From: Clostridia bacterium
GTDB lineage: Bacteria; Bacillota; Clostridia; Christensenellales; CAG-138
Direction: 5' to 3'
Assembly (NCBI GenBank): GCA_030526425.1
Contig: JAUNCT010000002.1
Span: 1 to 64,000, forward strand
DNA length: 64,000 nt
Shown: positions 10,392-19,144 of the stretch, piece after piece
Position numbering within the stretch: the stretch's first letter is position 1
How the letters are laid out: every line of letters begins with the position of its first letter
Position numbers and translations under genes: made by a program
Notes under the pieces: model-generated
What the model was told of the DNA's origin: nothing
Database searches by the model: none
What the model saw: the letters and a program-made list of their open reading frames with translations, nothing else

Positions 10392-10407
10392 CTGTGATAT
10401 ATCACAG
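10392..10407. promoter_or_regulatory. Perfect 16-bp palindrome CTGTGATATATCACAG (candidate GntR operator); related half-copy GTGATATATCAGA at 10281-10293
   Basis: Read directly in the divergent GntR/catabolic intergenic region. It fits the T.GT-N-AC.A pattern of FadR-subfamily GntR operators. Confidence 0.5.
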
Positions 10408-10460
10408 AATCCCGTTCGCAAATCACATCAAATATCTGTTTTCAGGAGGGAAAGACCCAT

Positions 10461-11111
10461 ATGCCGATCCAAAAACTCGATTTTGCGGAGCCGTTCTATT
10501 CGCTCGACTACGTTACGAACGAACCCGTGTACCACGCCGCCGGCAAGTGCATGATCATCAACCTCGCCGAGCACGAGCATGAGAACCTGTACATCAAGGG
10601 TGTCGTCACCCTGCCGCTGAAAGCCTCCGTCGTCAAGGACGTCGATGCGGAAAACGTCGTCCGCGCGCTGATCGTGAAGGATATCGACAAGGTCGACCTC
10701 AACGACATCGCCACCATCAAGAAGATCAAGTCCACCTGGAAGACCCTCTACGAGATGAGCGGCATGGAGCGCCACAAGGGTCTGCCCTATTACAAGAGCC
10801 CGAAGTTCCGCATCGGCGACGGACGCGACCGCATGGAGCTGAACTTCTGCTTCGTTTCCGAACCGTTCGCGCCCTCGGGCCCGCACCAGACGCACGACCG
10901 CAACTTCGACGAGGTCCACGCGCAGATCGCGGGCTACGGCAAGATGCGCGTGTTCGAGACCCCCGATTACGACACCTTCTACAAGGAGCTCCCCATGTCG
11001 CCCGGCACCGTGCACGACAAGATGTACGCGGAAGACGGCAGCTACCCCTGGCATGAGTATCAGAGCGTGACGCCCTGCATCTACTGCCCCATCGAACTCG
11101 ACAGAGAATAA
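10461..11111 (+). CDS. Hypothetical protein, first gene of the GntR-controlled sugar-catabolic cluster
   Basis: 216-aa ORF with an AGGAGG-type RBS. No motif I can place confidently. Confidence 0.5.
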   Translation: MPIQKLDFAEPFYSLDYVTNEPVYHAAGKCMIINLAEHEHENLYIKGVVTLPLKASVVKDVDAENVVRALIVKDIDKVDLNDIATIKKIKSTWKTLYEMSGMERHKGLPYYKSPKFRIGDGRDRMELNFCFVSEPFAPSGPHQTHDRNFDEVHAQIAGYGKMRVFETPDYDTFYKELPMSPGTVHDKMYAEDGSYPWHEYQSVTPCIYCPIELDRE

Positions 11112-11123
11112 GGAGGAACACCC

Positions 11124-12311
11124 ATGAACAAGGACATCAAACCCATCGTCGTCGGCAGCGTCGGTACCGGTTACGGCGGATACCTGCATGTGCACGGTTA
11201 CCAGCATGTCACGGGCATCCCGATCCGCCTCAAGTCCATCTGCGGACGCGACCCCGAAAAGACCGAAGCCTTCCGCGTGAAATACGGCTACGAACAGTGC
11301 GTGTTCGACTTCGAAGACCTCATCAACGACCCCGAGATCGACGTCATCGACCTTTCCGTTCCCCCGGCGCTGCACATCCCCATGAGCATCAAGGCGCTCG
11401 AGGCGGGCAAACACATCATCTGTGAAAAGCCCCTGTCCGGCTACTTCGGGCGCGAGGGCGAGACCGAGATCGGCCGCACCGTCAAAAAGGCGGATATGTG
11501 GGCGCGCATGAGCGAGGACCTCGATAAGCTCAAGGCGGTCATCGACAAGTCCAAGGCGAAGTTCCTCTACGCCGAAAACTTCATCTACTCCACCCCCGTG
11601 CAGAAGGCGGCGGAGATCATCCGCGCCAAAAAGAGCAAGATCGTCATGATGAACGGCGAGGAGCTCATCATCGGCTCCACCTCCCCGCTCGCGGGTCAGT
11701 GGAAGAACTTCGGCGGCGGCACCACGATGCGCAACGGCATCCACATCCTCTCGAGCATGATCTACCTGAAGATGTGCGAAGCGAAGGCACGCGGCGAGGA
11801 GTTCAAGATCGTCAGCGTCACGGCGGAGAACGCCCAGCAGACCAAGGCGCTGAAGGAGGACGAGAAGGCGTACATCCGCGCCCGTCCGGACGATGTCGAG
11901 GATATGACCTGCATCATCGTCACCTTCTGGGACGGCACCAAGGCGGTCGTCGTCGCTTCCGACGCGACGCTCGGCGGTTCGCAGAACCATATCGACGTCT
12001 ACACGAACGATTCCACCCTGCGCTGCACGCTCACCAACAACAACCTGCTCGAAGCCTACACCGCCGACACCAACGGTCTCGACAACGTCGAGTGGGGCGA
12101 GCTCGTCCGCCCGCAGGACAAGATCGGCTGGAACAACGTTTACGTTTCCGACCCGATCATCCGCGGCTACGTCGGCGAGATGCAGTCCTTCTGCGAGTCC
12201 ATCGCCTACGACCGCGCGCCCGAAACGGGCTTCGACATCGCCTACGAGATCATCCGCGTGGTCTACGCCTCCTTCCGTTCCGCGGAAGAAGGGCGCCGCA
12301 TCATGCTGTAA
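11124..12311 (+). CDS. Gfo/Idh/MocA family NAD(P)-dependent oxidoreductase
   Basis: N-terminal Rossmann VVGSVGTGYGGYLH...EKP motif characteristic of Gfo/Idh/MocA. 395 aa. Confidence 0.85.
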   Translation: MNKDIKPIVVGSVGTGYGGYLHVHGYQHVTGIPIRLKSICGRDPEKTEAFRVKYGYEQCVFDFEDLINDPEIDVIDLSVPPALHIPMSIKALEAGKHIICEKPLSGYFGREGETEIGRTVKKADMWARMSEDLDKLKAVIDKSKAKFLYAENFIYSTPVQKAAEIIRAKKSKIVMMNGEELIIGSTSPLAGQWKNFGGGTTMRNGIHILSSMIYLKMCEAKARGEEFKIVSVTAENAQQTKALKEDEKAYIRARPDDVEDMTCIIVTFWDGTKAVVVASDATLGGSQNHIDVYTNDSTLRCTLTNNNLLEAYTADTNGLDNVEWGELVRPQDKIGWNNVYVSDPIIRGYVGEMQSFCESIAYDRAPETGFDIAYEIIRVVYASFRSAEEGRRIML

Positions 12312-12329
12312 GGGCGGAGGTCTCCGTTT

Positions 12330-13142
12330 ATGAAATTCAGCGTTTGCGCCGTCGACCGGGACCTTCCGGTCGACCGCCCGTTCCCGCTCCGCGCGCCGAC
12401 CTACGCCGAGTGCGCGCGCATCGCCCGTGAGATCGGCTTCGACGGCATCGAGCTGCAGGTGCAGGATCCTTCCCTGTACGACGGCAAGCTCCTCAAGCGC
12501 CAGCTCGACGATCAGGGCATCGCCTGCTCCGCCGTCACGACGGGTCTCGCCTACGTGTACGAGGGGCTGAACATGGCCGACCCCGACCCCGCCATCCGCA
12601 AAAAGACGGTGGAGCGTCTGCACCGCCAGCTCGACCTCGCCAAGGAACTCGACTCCGCCATCCTCGTCGGCTTCATCCGCGGGCGTCAGGGCGACCGTTC
12701 CGCCATCGAGTTCGAGAAGTGCCTCAGCGAGAGCGTCCGCGCGGTGCTCGACTACGCCGAGGAGCTCAACACCCCCTTCATCATGGAACAGGTGAACCAC
12801 CACGACGGCGACATCTACTGCAACACCGAGCGCACGATGCAGTTCCTCGAAAGCTTCCACTCCGACCTGCTGCAGTACAACGGCGACACCTACCACATGT
12901 GGATCGACGACACGACCATCACCGAAGCGATCGAACGCAGCCTCGGAAAGCTCGTGCTGTTCCACGTTTCGGATGTCGGACGCAACCTGCCCGACGACAA
13001 GCACTTCGACTTTTACGAAGCCGCCGCCGCGCTGAAGAAGTTCGGCTACAACGGCTGGACGAGCATCGAGTGCAAGCCCCTGCCCGACAGCTACACCTGC
13101 TGCAAGCAGGGTCTCGCATACCTCAAGCGCGTGTTCGGCTGA
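12330..13142 (+). CDS. Sugar phosphate isomerase/epimerase (xylose-isomerase-like TIM barrel)
   Basis: AP-endonuclease-2/xylose-isomerase-like TIM-barrel signature (FDGIEL...HVSD...E). 270 aa. Confidence 0.8.
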   Translation: MKFSVCAVDRDLPVDRPFPLRAPTYAECARIAREIGFDGIELQVQDPSLYDGKLLKRQLDDQGIACSAVTTGLAYVYEGLNMADPDPAIRKKTVERLHRQLDLAKELDSAILVGFIRGRQGDRSAIEFEKCLSESVRAVLDYAEELNTPFIMEQVNHHDGDIYCNTERTMQFLESFHSDLLQYNGDTYHMWIDDTTITEAIERSLGKLVLFHVSDVGRNLPDDKHFDFYEAAAALKKFGYNGWTSIECKPLPDSYTCCKQGLAYLKRVFG

Positions 13143-13222
13143 CACCGCGTTCTGCCGCAGGCGTCCCCTCCGGGATGCCCGCGGCTTTTTGTTTACGGCG
13201 CACCGGGCGTATGATATGATGG

Positions 13223-13540
13223 ATGCAAACCACGAGAGGAGACGGGACCGTGTACGGATTGAAAGACCGCTTGGTCGGCGAACTCACGGCGCTCGCCGCA
13301 TACCACGACCTGGACAGGCTGATCCTCTTCGGCTCCCGCGCGCGGGGCGATCACCGCGAGCGCAGCGACATCGACCTTGCCGTTCTCGGCGGCGACACCG
13401 CACGCTTCGCCTTGGATGCCGATGAAGAGACCTCGACCCTGTTGCGGTTCGACATCGTGGACCTCGGCGGTGCCGTTCAGCCCGAGCTGCTCGAAAGCAT
13501 CCGCCGCGACGGAAAGGTATTGTATGCAAAAGTTCGATAA
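13223..13540 (+). CDS. Minimal nucleotidyltransferase (MNT) antitoxin-type protein
   Basis: GS-x10-DxD motif (GSRARGDHRERSDIDLAV). An alternative GTG start at 13250 has a better-spaced GGAGA RBS. Overlaps the downstream HEPN gene by 17 nt. Confidence 0.8.
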   Translation: MQTTRGDGTVYGLKDRLVGELTALAAYHDLDRLILFGSRARGDHRERSDIDLAVLGGDTARFALDADEETSTLLRFDIVDLGGAVQPELLESIRRDGKVLYAKVR

Positions 13541-13916
13541 CTTCTGCCGGGCGTTGGAAAACCTCGGCGAGATCGGGCGCTATTCCGCCCCTTACGGCAC
13601 CGTGGAGCTGACCGGGATGGTCGCCCTGTTCGAAATCTGCTTCGAGCAAGCGTGGAAGGCGATGAAGGAAGCCCTCGAGCTTTCCGGCTTTTCCGAAGGG
13701 AAGACCGGCTCGCCGAAGCTCATTCTCAAAACCGCTTACGCCGCCGGAATGATCGGCAACGAAGACCTGTGGCTTTCCGCCCTCGAGGCGCGCAACAGCG
13801 CCGCGCACGCCTACAACGCCGCCGTTGCCGAAGACATCGTGCAAAAAACCAAGGCGGAATTTCTCCCCATGTTCCGCGCGCTGAAAGAGGAGATCGCCCG
13901 CAATTGGGCGGTTTGA
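13524..13916 (+). CDS. HEPN-domain nucleotidyltransferase-substrate-binding protein (HI0074-like toxin-type)
   Basis: RNxxxH HEPN motif (ARNSAAHAYN). 130 aa. Forms an overlapping pair with the MNT gene. Confidence 0.8.
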   Translation: MQKFDNFCRALENLGEIGRYSAPYGTVELTGMVALFEICFEQAWKAMKEALELSGFSEGKTGSPKLILKTAYAAGMIGNEDLWLSALEARNSAAHAYNAAVAEDIVQKTKAEFLPMFRALKEEIARNWAV

Positions 13917-13930
13917 CCGCATACCGACGC

Positions 13931-13958
13931 AGAGCCCCTTTGCGGGGGCTCTTTTTTC
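13931..13958 (+). terminator. Rho-independent terminator after the MNT/HEPN pair
   Basis: agagcccc / ggggctct stem followed by a T6 run. Confidence 0.75.
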
Positions 13959-14155
13959 GTTTGCAACCGGGCGCTTGATTTTTTGAAAGCGAATCTTTGA
14001 AAACCCATTGACAAACCGCGGGAAAGCGATAAACTTTTACTTGTACAAAAAAATATTTTTCTTTTCTGCAAATCTTTTCGTTATTTCACCGAACGTCTCA
14101 GTATCTCAAAAGTCCACAACGTATCCAGTCAATTCATTCAAAGGAGACAACCGAC

Positions 14156-15532
14156 ATGACCGAGAAACAAGAGAATACCTGTTGCGTGGAAAACATTTAC
14201 AAGCTGAACGGCAAAGTACCGATCGGCAAGGCGATCCCCTTCGGTTTGCAGCACGTGCTGGCGATGTTCGTTTCGAACGTCACCCCCGTCATGATCATCG
14301 CAGGGCTCGCGCAGTACAACGGCGTTGCGTTCTCGGGCGTCGACACCGCGCTGCTCGTGCAGGCGGCAATGCTCGTTGCCGGTCTCGGCACGCTCATCCA
14401 GCTGTTCCCCGTGTGGCGCATCGGCGCGAAGCTGCCGGTCGTCATGGGTCTTTCCTTCACCTTCCTCGCGGCGATGATCAACCTCGCCGTGCAAGATTAC
14501 GGATTGATGATCGGCGCCGTCATCGTCGGCGGCTGCATCGAAGGTCTGCTCGGTCTCACCGCCAAATACTGGCGGCGCTTCATCACCCCGGTCGTCTCGG
14601 CGTGCGTCGTCACGGCGATCGGCTTCAGCCTCCTTTCCGTGGGCATCACCTCCTACGGCGGCGGCGACGCGTCGGCAGCGGATTTCGGTTCCTGGCAGAA
14701 CCTCACCGTCGCAACGATCACCCTGCTTTCCTGCCTCATCTTCAATAACCGCGTCAAGGGCTTCTGGCGGCAGCTGTACGTGCTGTTCGGTCTCGGCGTG
14801 GGCTACCTCGTCGCTGTGATCTTCACCGTGACGAACCTCGCCCCCGGCATGGTCAACTTCGCGCAGATGAAATCCACCGTCGCGGAACTCGGCTTCATCG
14901 CCCTGCCCCGCATCTTCCACTTCACGCCCAAGTTCGAAATCGGCGCGATCATCTCCGTCACGCTGGTGTTCCTCGTTTCCGCTGCGGAAACCATCGGCGA
15001 CACCACGGCGGTCTGCACCGGCGGTCTCGGCCGCGACATCACCGAAAAGGAAGTCTCCGGCTCCCTCGCCTGCGACGGTTTCATGAGCGCCGTGAGCGGC
15101 GGCGTGTTCGGTTGCCCGCCGATCACCAGCTTCTCCCAGAACGTCGGTCTCGTGGCGATGACCAAGGTCGTCAACCGTTACACCATCATGTTCGGCGCGC
15201 TGACCCTCGTGCTCGCGGGTCTCTTCCCGCCGATCGGCGCGTTCTTCTCCACCCTGCCCGCCTGCGTGCTCGGCGGCTGCACGGTCATGATGTTCGGTAC
15301 GATCATCATCTCCGGCGTCAACATGCTTTCCTCCTGCGGTATGGATGAGCGCAACACCATCATCGCCGCAACGAGCTTCTGCGTCGGCATCGGCGTCACG
15401 ACCAACCCCACGATCTTCCAGCACATGCCGAAGATCGTCGGCGATATCTTCGCCGGCAACTCCGTCGCGGGCGTGTTCGTGGTCGCGATGATCATGTCGC
15501 TGCTGCTCAAGAAGAAGCCCGAAGCGAAGTAA
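14156..15532 (+). CDS. Nucleobase:cation symporter-2 (NCS2) family permease (uracil/xanthine-type)
   Basis: 458 aa with about 12-14 TM segments. The N-terminal GLQHVLAMFVSNVTPVMIIAG is characteristic of the xanthine/uracil permease family. Confidence 0.85.
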   Translation: MTEKQENTCCVENIYKLNGKVPIGKAIPFGLQHVLAMFVSNVTPVMIIAGLAQYNGVAFSGVDTALLVQAAMLVAGLGTLIQLFPVWRIGAKLPVVMGLSFTFLAAMINLAVQDYGLMIGAVIVGGCIEGLLGLTAKYWRRFITPVVSACVVTAIGFSLLSVGITSYGGGDASAADFGSWQNLTVATITLLSCLIFNNRVKGFWRQLYVLFGLGVGYLVAVIFTVTNLAPGMVNFAQMKSTVAELGFIALPRIFHFTPKFEIGAIISVTLVFLVSAAETIGDTTAVCTGGLGRDITEKEVSGSLACDGFMSAVSGGVFGCPPITSFSQNVGLVAMTKVVNRYTIMFGALTLVLAGLFPPIGAFFSTLPACVLGGCTVMMFGTIIISGVNMLSSCGMDERNTIIAATSFCVGIGVTTNPTIFQHMPKIVGDIFAGNSVAGVFVVAMIMSLLLKKKPEAK

Positions 15533-15675
15533 CCCCCGTTCCCACCCGCCGGAAACCTGTCCTCCTATTCAAAACGATTCTTTCCTTGGATTTTCCACTC
15601 GTTCCCGGCGGTTCCCCCGCAGCGCCCTTTTTGATTGGTGAAGGCACGCTGCGGGGGCTTTTTGTTTGCGATGTA

Positions 15676-15710
15676 CAAAAAACGGAGCCCCCGAAAGGGC
15701 TCCGTTTCGT
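15676..15710 (+). terminator. Terminator after the permease; a second, weaker hairpin lies at about 15618-15670
   Basis: aacggagccc / gggctccgtt stem with a T-rich tail. Confidence 0.7.
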
Positions 15711-16156
15711 TGTGGTACTGATATTCGGAAAAGCATCGGCCCTCCGCAGGAGGCTCCACTTGGGAATGTGCTGCAAAACGCTCACCGTTCTCAAGCGCCT
15801 TTGGCGCTTGGCTCCACTTGAGGAAGCAAGGGGATGCCCGAGCGTGCCGAAGGCGTGCGGGGCGCGACAGCTGTTGCCGAAGGCAATAGCGAAAGCGTGG
15901 CGAGCGCAAGCGAGACTGAGGGGTTTCGATGCAAGTAGGGTTCCTTTGGATTTCAACCCGCAAGCATTTCCGATAGTGGCAAGCGTTGACCTCGCACAGA
16001 ACCGATAGCCGCTCCCAACGCGATATGCCTCCCTCTGGAGGGAGGCCGAGTGTTGCGAAGCAATACGGGGCGCGGCAGTGGTGCTTGCACCACGAGAGCG
16101 GGGCACGCCGTGCAGTAGGCGCATCGGGACGGAAGGAGTTCTCTCCCACGCGACAC

Positions 16157-16192
16157 ACAAAAACGGAGCCCTTTTACGGGGCTCCGTTTTGT
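16157..16192 (-). terminator. Terminator of the TIR operon (also usable on the plus strand)
   Basis: aaacggagccc / gggctccgttt stem, nearly identical to the hairpin at 15681-15706, with T-runs on both sides. Confidence 0.7.
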
Positions 16193-16300
16193 GCCTTTCC
16201 GCCCGCCTGCGGCGGGAAGGGCGCCTGCGGCGCAGCGGCATAATAACCGCCACACCGCACCGTCATTTTCGTTTCCCGTTACCTTCGGATTGATTTCAGA

Positions 16301-19141
16301 TCAGAAGATATCGGATTCAAGATTCATCCAAAAAGCGGGGCGAACACAGCCACCGTCGTCGTTGACATAGTTGAGGAGGGAGCCGTAGGGGTACACGCGA
16401 GCGGCACAGTCCTGATTGAGGCCGGGGGAGCGCAGCCACCAACACCCGGCGGCAGCCCCTTCCGCGGTCTTATAGTCCTCGTTCGTCCAAGCACCTTGCT
16501 CTTTTGCGTACGCCGTCGGCTGCACGCGGGATTTCGTGTTCTTATCCGCGCCACTCTTCTGCCAATACTCGACGCCGAAATACTTGTTCGCCTCGGCGTA
16601 GCTCAAAAGGAACACCTTGTCCTTCGTGTCGTTGCCGCCGTTGGTGCTCCACTTGCTGTACCCCTGACTCTTGCCGTTGTCCACTTCCGTCGTCAGGATA
16701 GCCTTCTGTTCTTCCGCCGTGAACGCCTTGTTCAAAAACTCGCCGTTCAGCCAGGTGCGCAGCGTGCACTTTTCCCACGTGACGCTCGTGTCTTTCGTGT
16801 TGTATGGTTTTGCATCCAAACCGTATTTTGCTATCAGCAGCGACTTGTCGCCTTTTACATCCAGCACGATCCATTCGATCGGTTCCGCGCCGTTCGATGT
16901 GTTGTTGTCCTGCTCGTAGCTGCCGAAGGTCACGACGCTGCCCACCGTGCGGTAAAGCTTGCGCTTCGCTTCGCGCGCCGCCGCCGCCGCCGCCAGATTG
17001 TCGTCCGTTTTCAGCAGCGTGTCAACATCCTTGTAACCTTTCAGCGGCAAAAACACATCATACGCTTTATCATAATTCTTTGCCGCAAGCAGTGCCTTGC
17101 CCTGTTGGTACTTCGTTTCGGAAACCTGCGTCGCGGCGTCCTTGTAGCCGCCGAGCTCTTCGAACGCCAGCACGGCGCCCGCGTAATTTCCCGCTTCCCG
17201 CAGGGCGACCGCCTTGTTGTAGTTGCCGCTCGGGATGATGACCTTCGTCACCACGAGAAACACGGCAACGCACAGCGCCGCCGCGGCGGTGGCGATGGTG
17301 ATGAGCCGCCTGCGCTTTGCGGCGGCTTCCTCCGCGGCGATCCTTTCGCGTTCCTCCGCTTGTCTCCGGCGCTCTTCCTCTTGGCGGCGGCGTTCCTCTT
17401 CGGCGCGCCGTTCTTCCGTCTCGATGCGCCCGATCTCCGCGGCGCACCGGCGCGCAAGTTCCGCACTGTCCTTGTAACCGTGCATGGCTTCGAGCGCGGT
17501 CTTCGCGTTTGCAAAGCCCTGCTTGTCGCGCGCGGCGTTCATGGTGCCGGCAGCCTTCTCGTAATCGGCTTCGCGCTTCTTCACGGCACCATCATGCAGC
17601 TTGGCGACCTTGGCGTCCGCCGCCGCAAGGTGCGCCTTGTAAGCGTTGCACACCCTTTCGGTGCTCGCTTTGTCCTGCGCTTCGGCTTGGGCAACGCGCG
17701 CATCCAACGCGGCGTTGATTTCCGCTACCGCGGCTTCGGTCTGCTGCTTGGTTTCGCCCTTGGCGTACTGCCGCGCGCGGTTCAGCAGGCGGTCGTTCGC
17801 AAGCGCCCTTTTCTGCTGTTCCCGCTGGCTGCGCCTGCCCGCAAGCACGCTGTCATAGCCCCGGTCGAACGCGTACGGTAACCGGATCTCCTTTTCCGCA
17901 AGGTAGTGCGCAACGGTGTTTTCCTTCACCGCCCGTGCGATGTGCATCGTATCCTCGGGGCACGCGGTCAGCCGCTCCGCCGGAGGTTGCTTTTCGTTGC
18001 GCCCGCATTCCGCCTTCACCCACGAAGCGAGAGAGGGCTTCTTTTCCCGCGCGAGCAGCTTGCCGATGAACGCCTCCGCGCACTCGGGCTCGAGGTTCAG
18101 CGCCTCCTCGAAAAAGCCGTCCGCCTTTTCCCACTCGTGGTCTTCGAGCGCCATGTTGCCGCGCTTCACCTGTGCGGCGGTGGTCGTTCCGCCCACGGTC
18201 GCTTGCGTTACGACGGTCTGCACCTTGGGCGCTTCCGGCTTCTTGCCGGCATCCAGCACCTTTTTCACGCCGCGCAGCAGGTCCTGCATGAAGCCGATCT
18301 TGCCCATATCCTGGCTTTGCAGGTTGCTCAGCTCCTCCGGCAGGTCGTAGGGGTCCATCCCCCGGTAGCAGGGGATGAGCAGGCGCTTTCGGTCGTTCGC
18401 CATCAGGGCGAGGTAGCGGCTCCACTCGTTTTTGACCCACACGGCGTTGAAGTATTCGGGCTTGCTGCCGACCGCCACCATGACCTTGGCGGAATTCAGC
18501 GCCGCGAAGATATACGGTTCGTACTGCTGCCCCAGCTTGTCTTCGAGCGTGATGCGGCTGAAGAACACCTTGTAGCCCTGTTCGGCAAGCCCGTAATAGA
18601 TCTCCTGCGCCCACTGCGAGTCGCGCGTGCGCTGCCCGTTCTCATCCGTTTCCTTGTAGCAGATGAACACATCGTAGGGCTTTTCGTTCGCCGAAATCGC
18701 GAGGATGCCCTTTTGGATCTCGGCGATGCGCTGCGCCTCCGCCTTGTAGATGTTCGCGCTCTCCGCATCCGGCGCATGTTCAACGGCGGCAAGGTAATCC
18801 GCATCCGCGAGGATGCTCGCCACCTGCACGCGGTGGCAGGTCGGGATGCGCTGCTTGGTTTTCGGGTCTTCGACGTATTCGATGCCGTAACGGCTCAGCA
18901 CAGCGCCCCAATGCGCCTCGGCGTCCGTGTCGTCCTGCTCGAGCAGCTTTTCATACGCCGCGACCGCCTTGTCGAATTCGCACTGCCGGCGGAAGTGGTT
19001 CGCCCGGTTGTAGCGGTTGAGCTGCTGCTCGTCTTCCGCCTTCGGGATGGTCGAAACGCTCCCGCAGTATTCGCACGTGCCGTAGGTATCCCCCGGCGTG
19101 AACGCGATGTCCCCACCGCACATTTTGCATTTGATGATCAT
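16301..19141 (-). CDS. Zinc-ribbon / TIR-domain / single-pass TM / extracellular TPR-like plus DUF6273-like domain protein
   Basis: N-terminal CxxC...CxxC ribbon. TIR core KPYDVFICYKETDENG...KVFF with candidate catalytic Glu in AVWVKNEWSRYL. Glu/Arg-rich coiled coil, then TM helix LITIATAAAALCVAVFLVVTKVII. C-terminal domain has a CWWLRSPG...VRPAFWMNL motif. 946 aa. ATG lies 3 nt after the upstream gene's stop. Confidence 0.85.
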   Translation of the reverse strand: MIIKCKMCGGDIAFTPGDTYGTCEYCGSVSTIPKAEDEQQLNRYNRANHFRRQCEFDKAVAAYEKLLEQDDTDAEAHWGAVLSRYGIEYVEDPKTKQRIPTCHRVQVASILADADYLAAVEHAPDAESANIYKAEAQRIAEIQKGILAISANEKPYDVFICYKETDENGQRTRDSQWAQEIYYGLAEQGYKVFFSRITLEDKLGQQYEPYIFAALNSAKVMVAVGSKPEYFNAVWVKNEWSRYLALMANDRKRLLIPCYRGMDPYDLPEELSNLQSQDMGKIGFMQDLLRGVKKVLDAGKKPEAPKVQTVVTQATVGGTTTAAQVKRGNMALEDHEWEKADGFFEEALNLEPECAEAFIGKLLAREKKPSLASWVKAECGRNEKQPPAERLTACPEDTMHIARAVKENTVAHYLAEKEIRLPYAFDRGYDSVLAGRRSQREQQKRALANDRLLNRARQYAKGETKQQTEAAVAEINAALDARVAQAEAQDKASTERVCNAYKAHLAAADAKVAKLHDGAVKKREADYEKAAGTMNAARDKQGFANAKTALEAMHGYKDSAELARRCAAEIGRIETEERRAEEERRRQEEERRRQAEERERIAAEEAAAKRRRLITIATAAAALCVAVFLVVTKVIIPSGNYNKAVALREAGNYAGAVLAFEELGGYKDAATQVSETKYQQGKALLAAKNYDKAYDVFLPLKGYKDVDTLLKTDDNLAAAAAAREAKRKLYRTVGSVVTFGSYEQDNNTSNGAEPIEWIVLDVKGDKSLLIAKYGLDAKPYNTKDTSVTWEKCTLRTWLNGEFLNKAFTAEEQKAILTTEVDNGKSQGYSKWSTNGGNDTKDKVFLLSYAEANKYFGVEYWQKSGADKNTKSRVQPTAYAKEQGAWTNEDYKTAEGAAAGCWWLRSPGLNQDCAARVYPYGSLLNYVNDDGGCVRPAFWMNLESDIF

Positions 19142-19144
19142 GAT

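Noticed and set aside
10428-13145. 905-aa minus-strand ORF
   Set aside because: It is antisense to three plus-strand catabolic genes that have clear family motifs and RBSs. The Val/Gly/Asp/Ala-rich composition is expected from reverse-complemented GC3-rich codons.
13920-14155. Purine riboswitch upstream of the NCS2 permease
   Set aside because: I could not find the conserved purine-aptamer motifs (UAUA...GGGA...ACUA junctions). The region looks like a simple TTGACA-N16-TAAACT promoter.
14138-15424. 428-aa minus-strand ORF opposite the nucleobase permease
   Set aside because: Asp/Glu/Arg/Gly-rich antisense translation. The plus-strand permease has 12 or more TM helices and a family signature.
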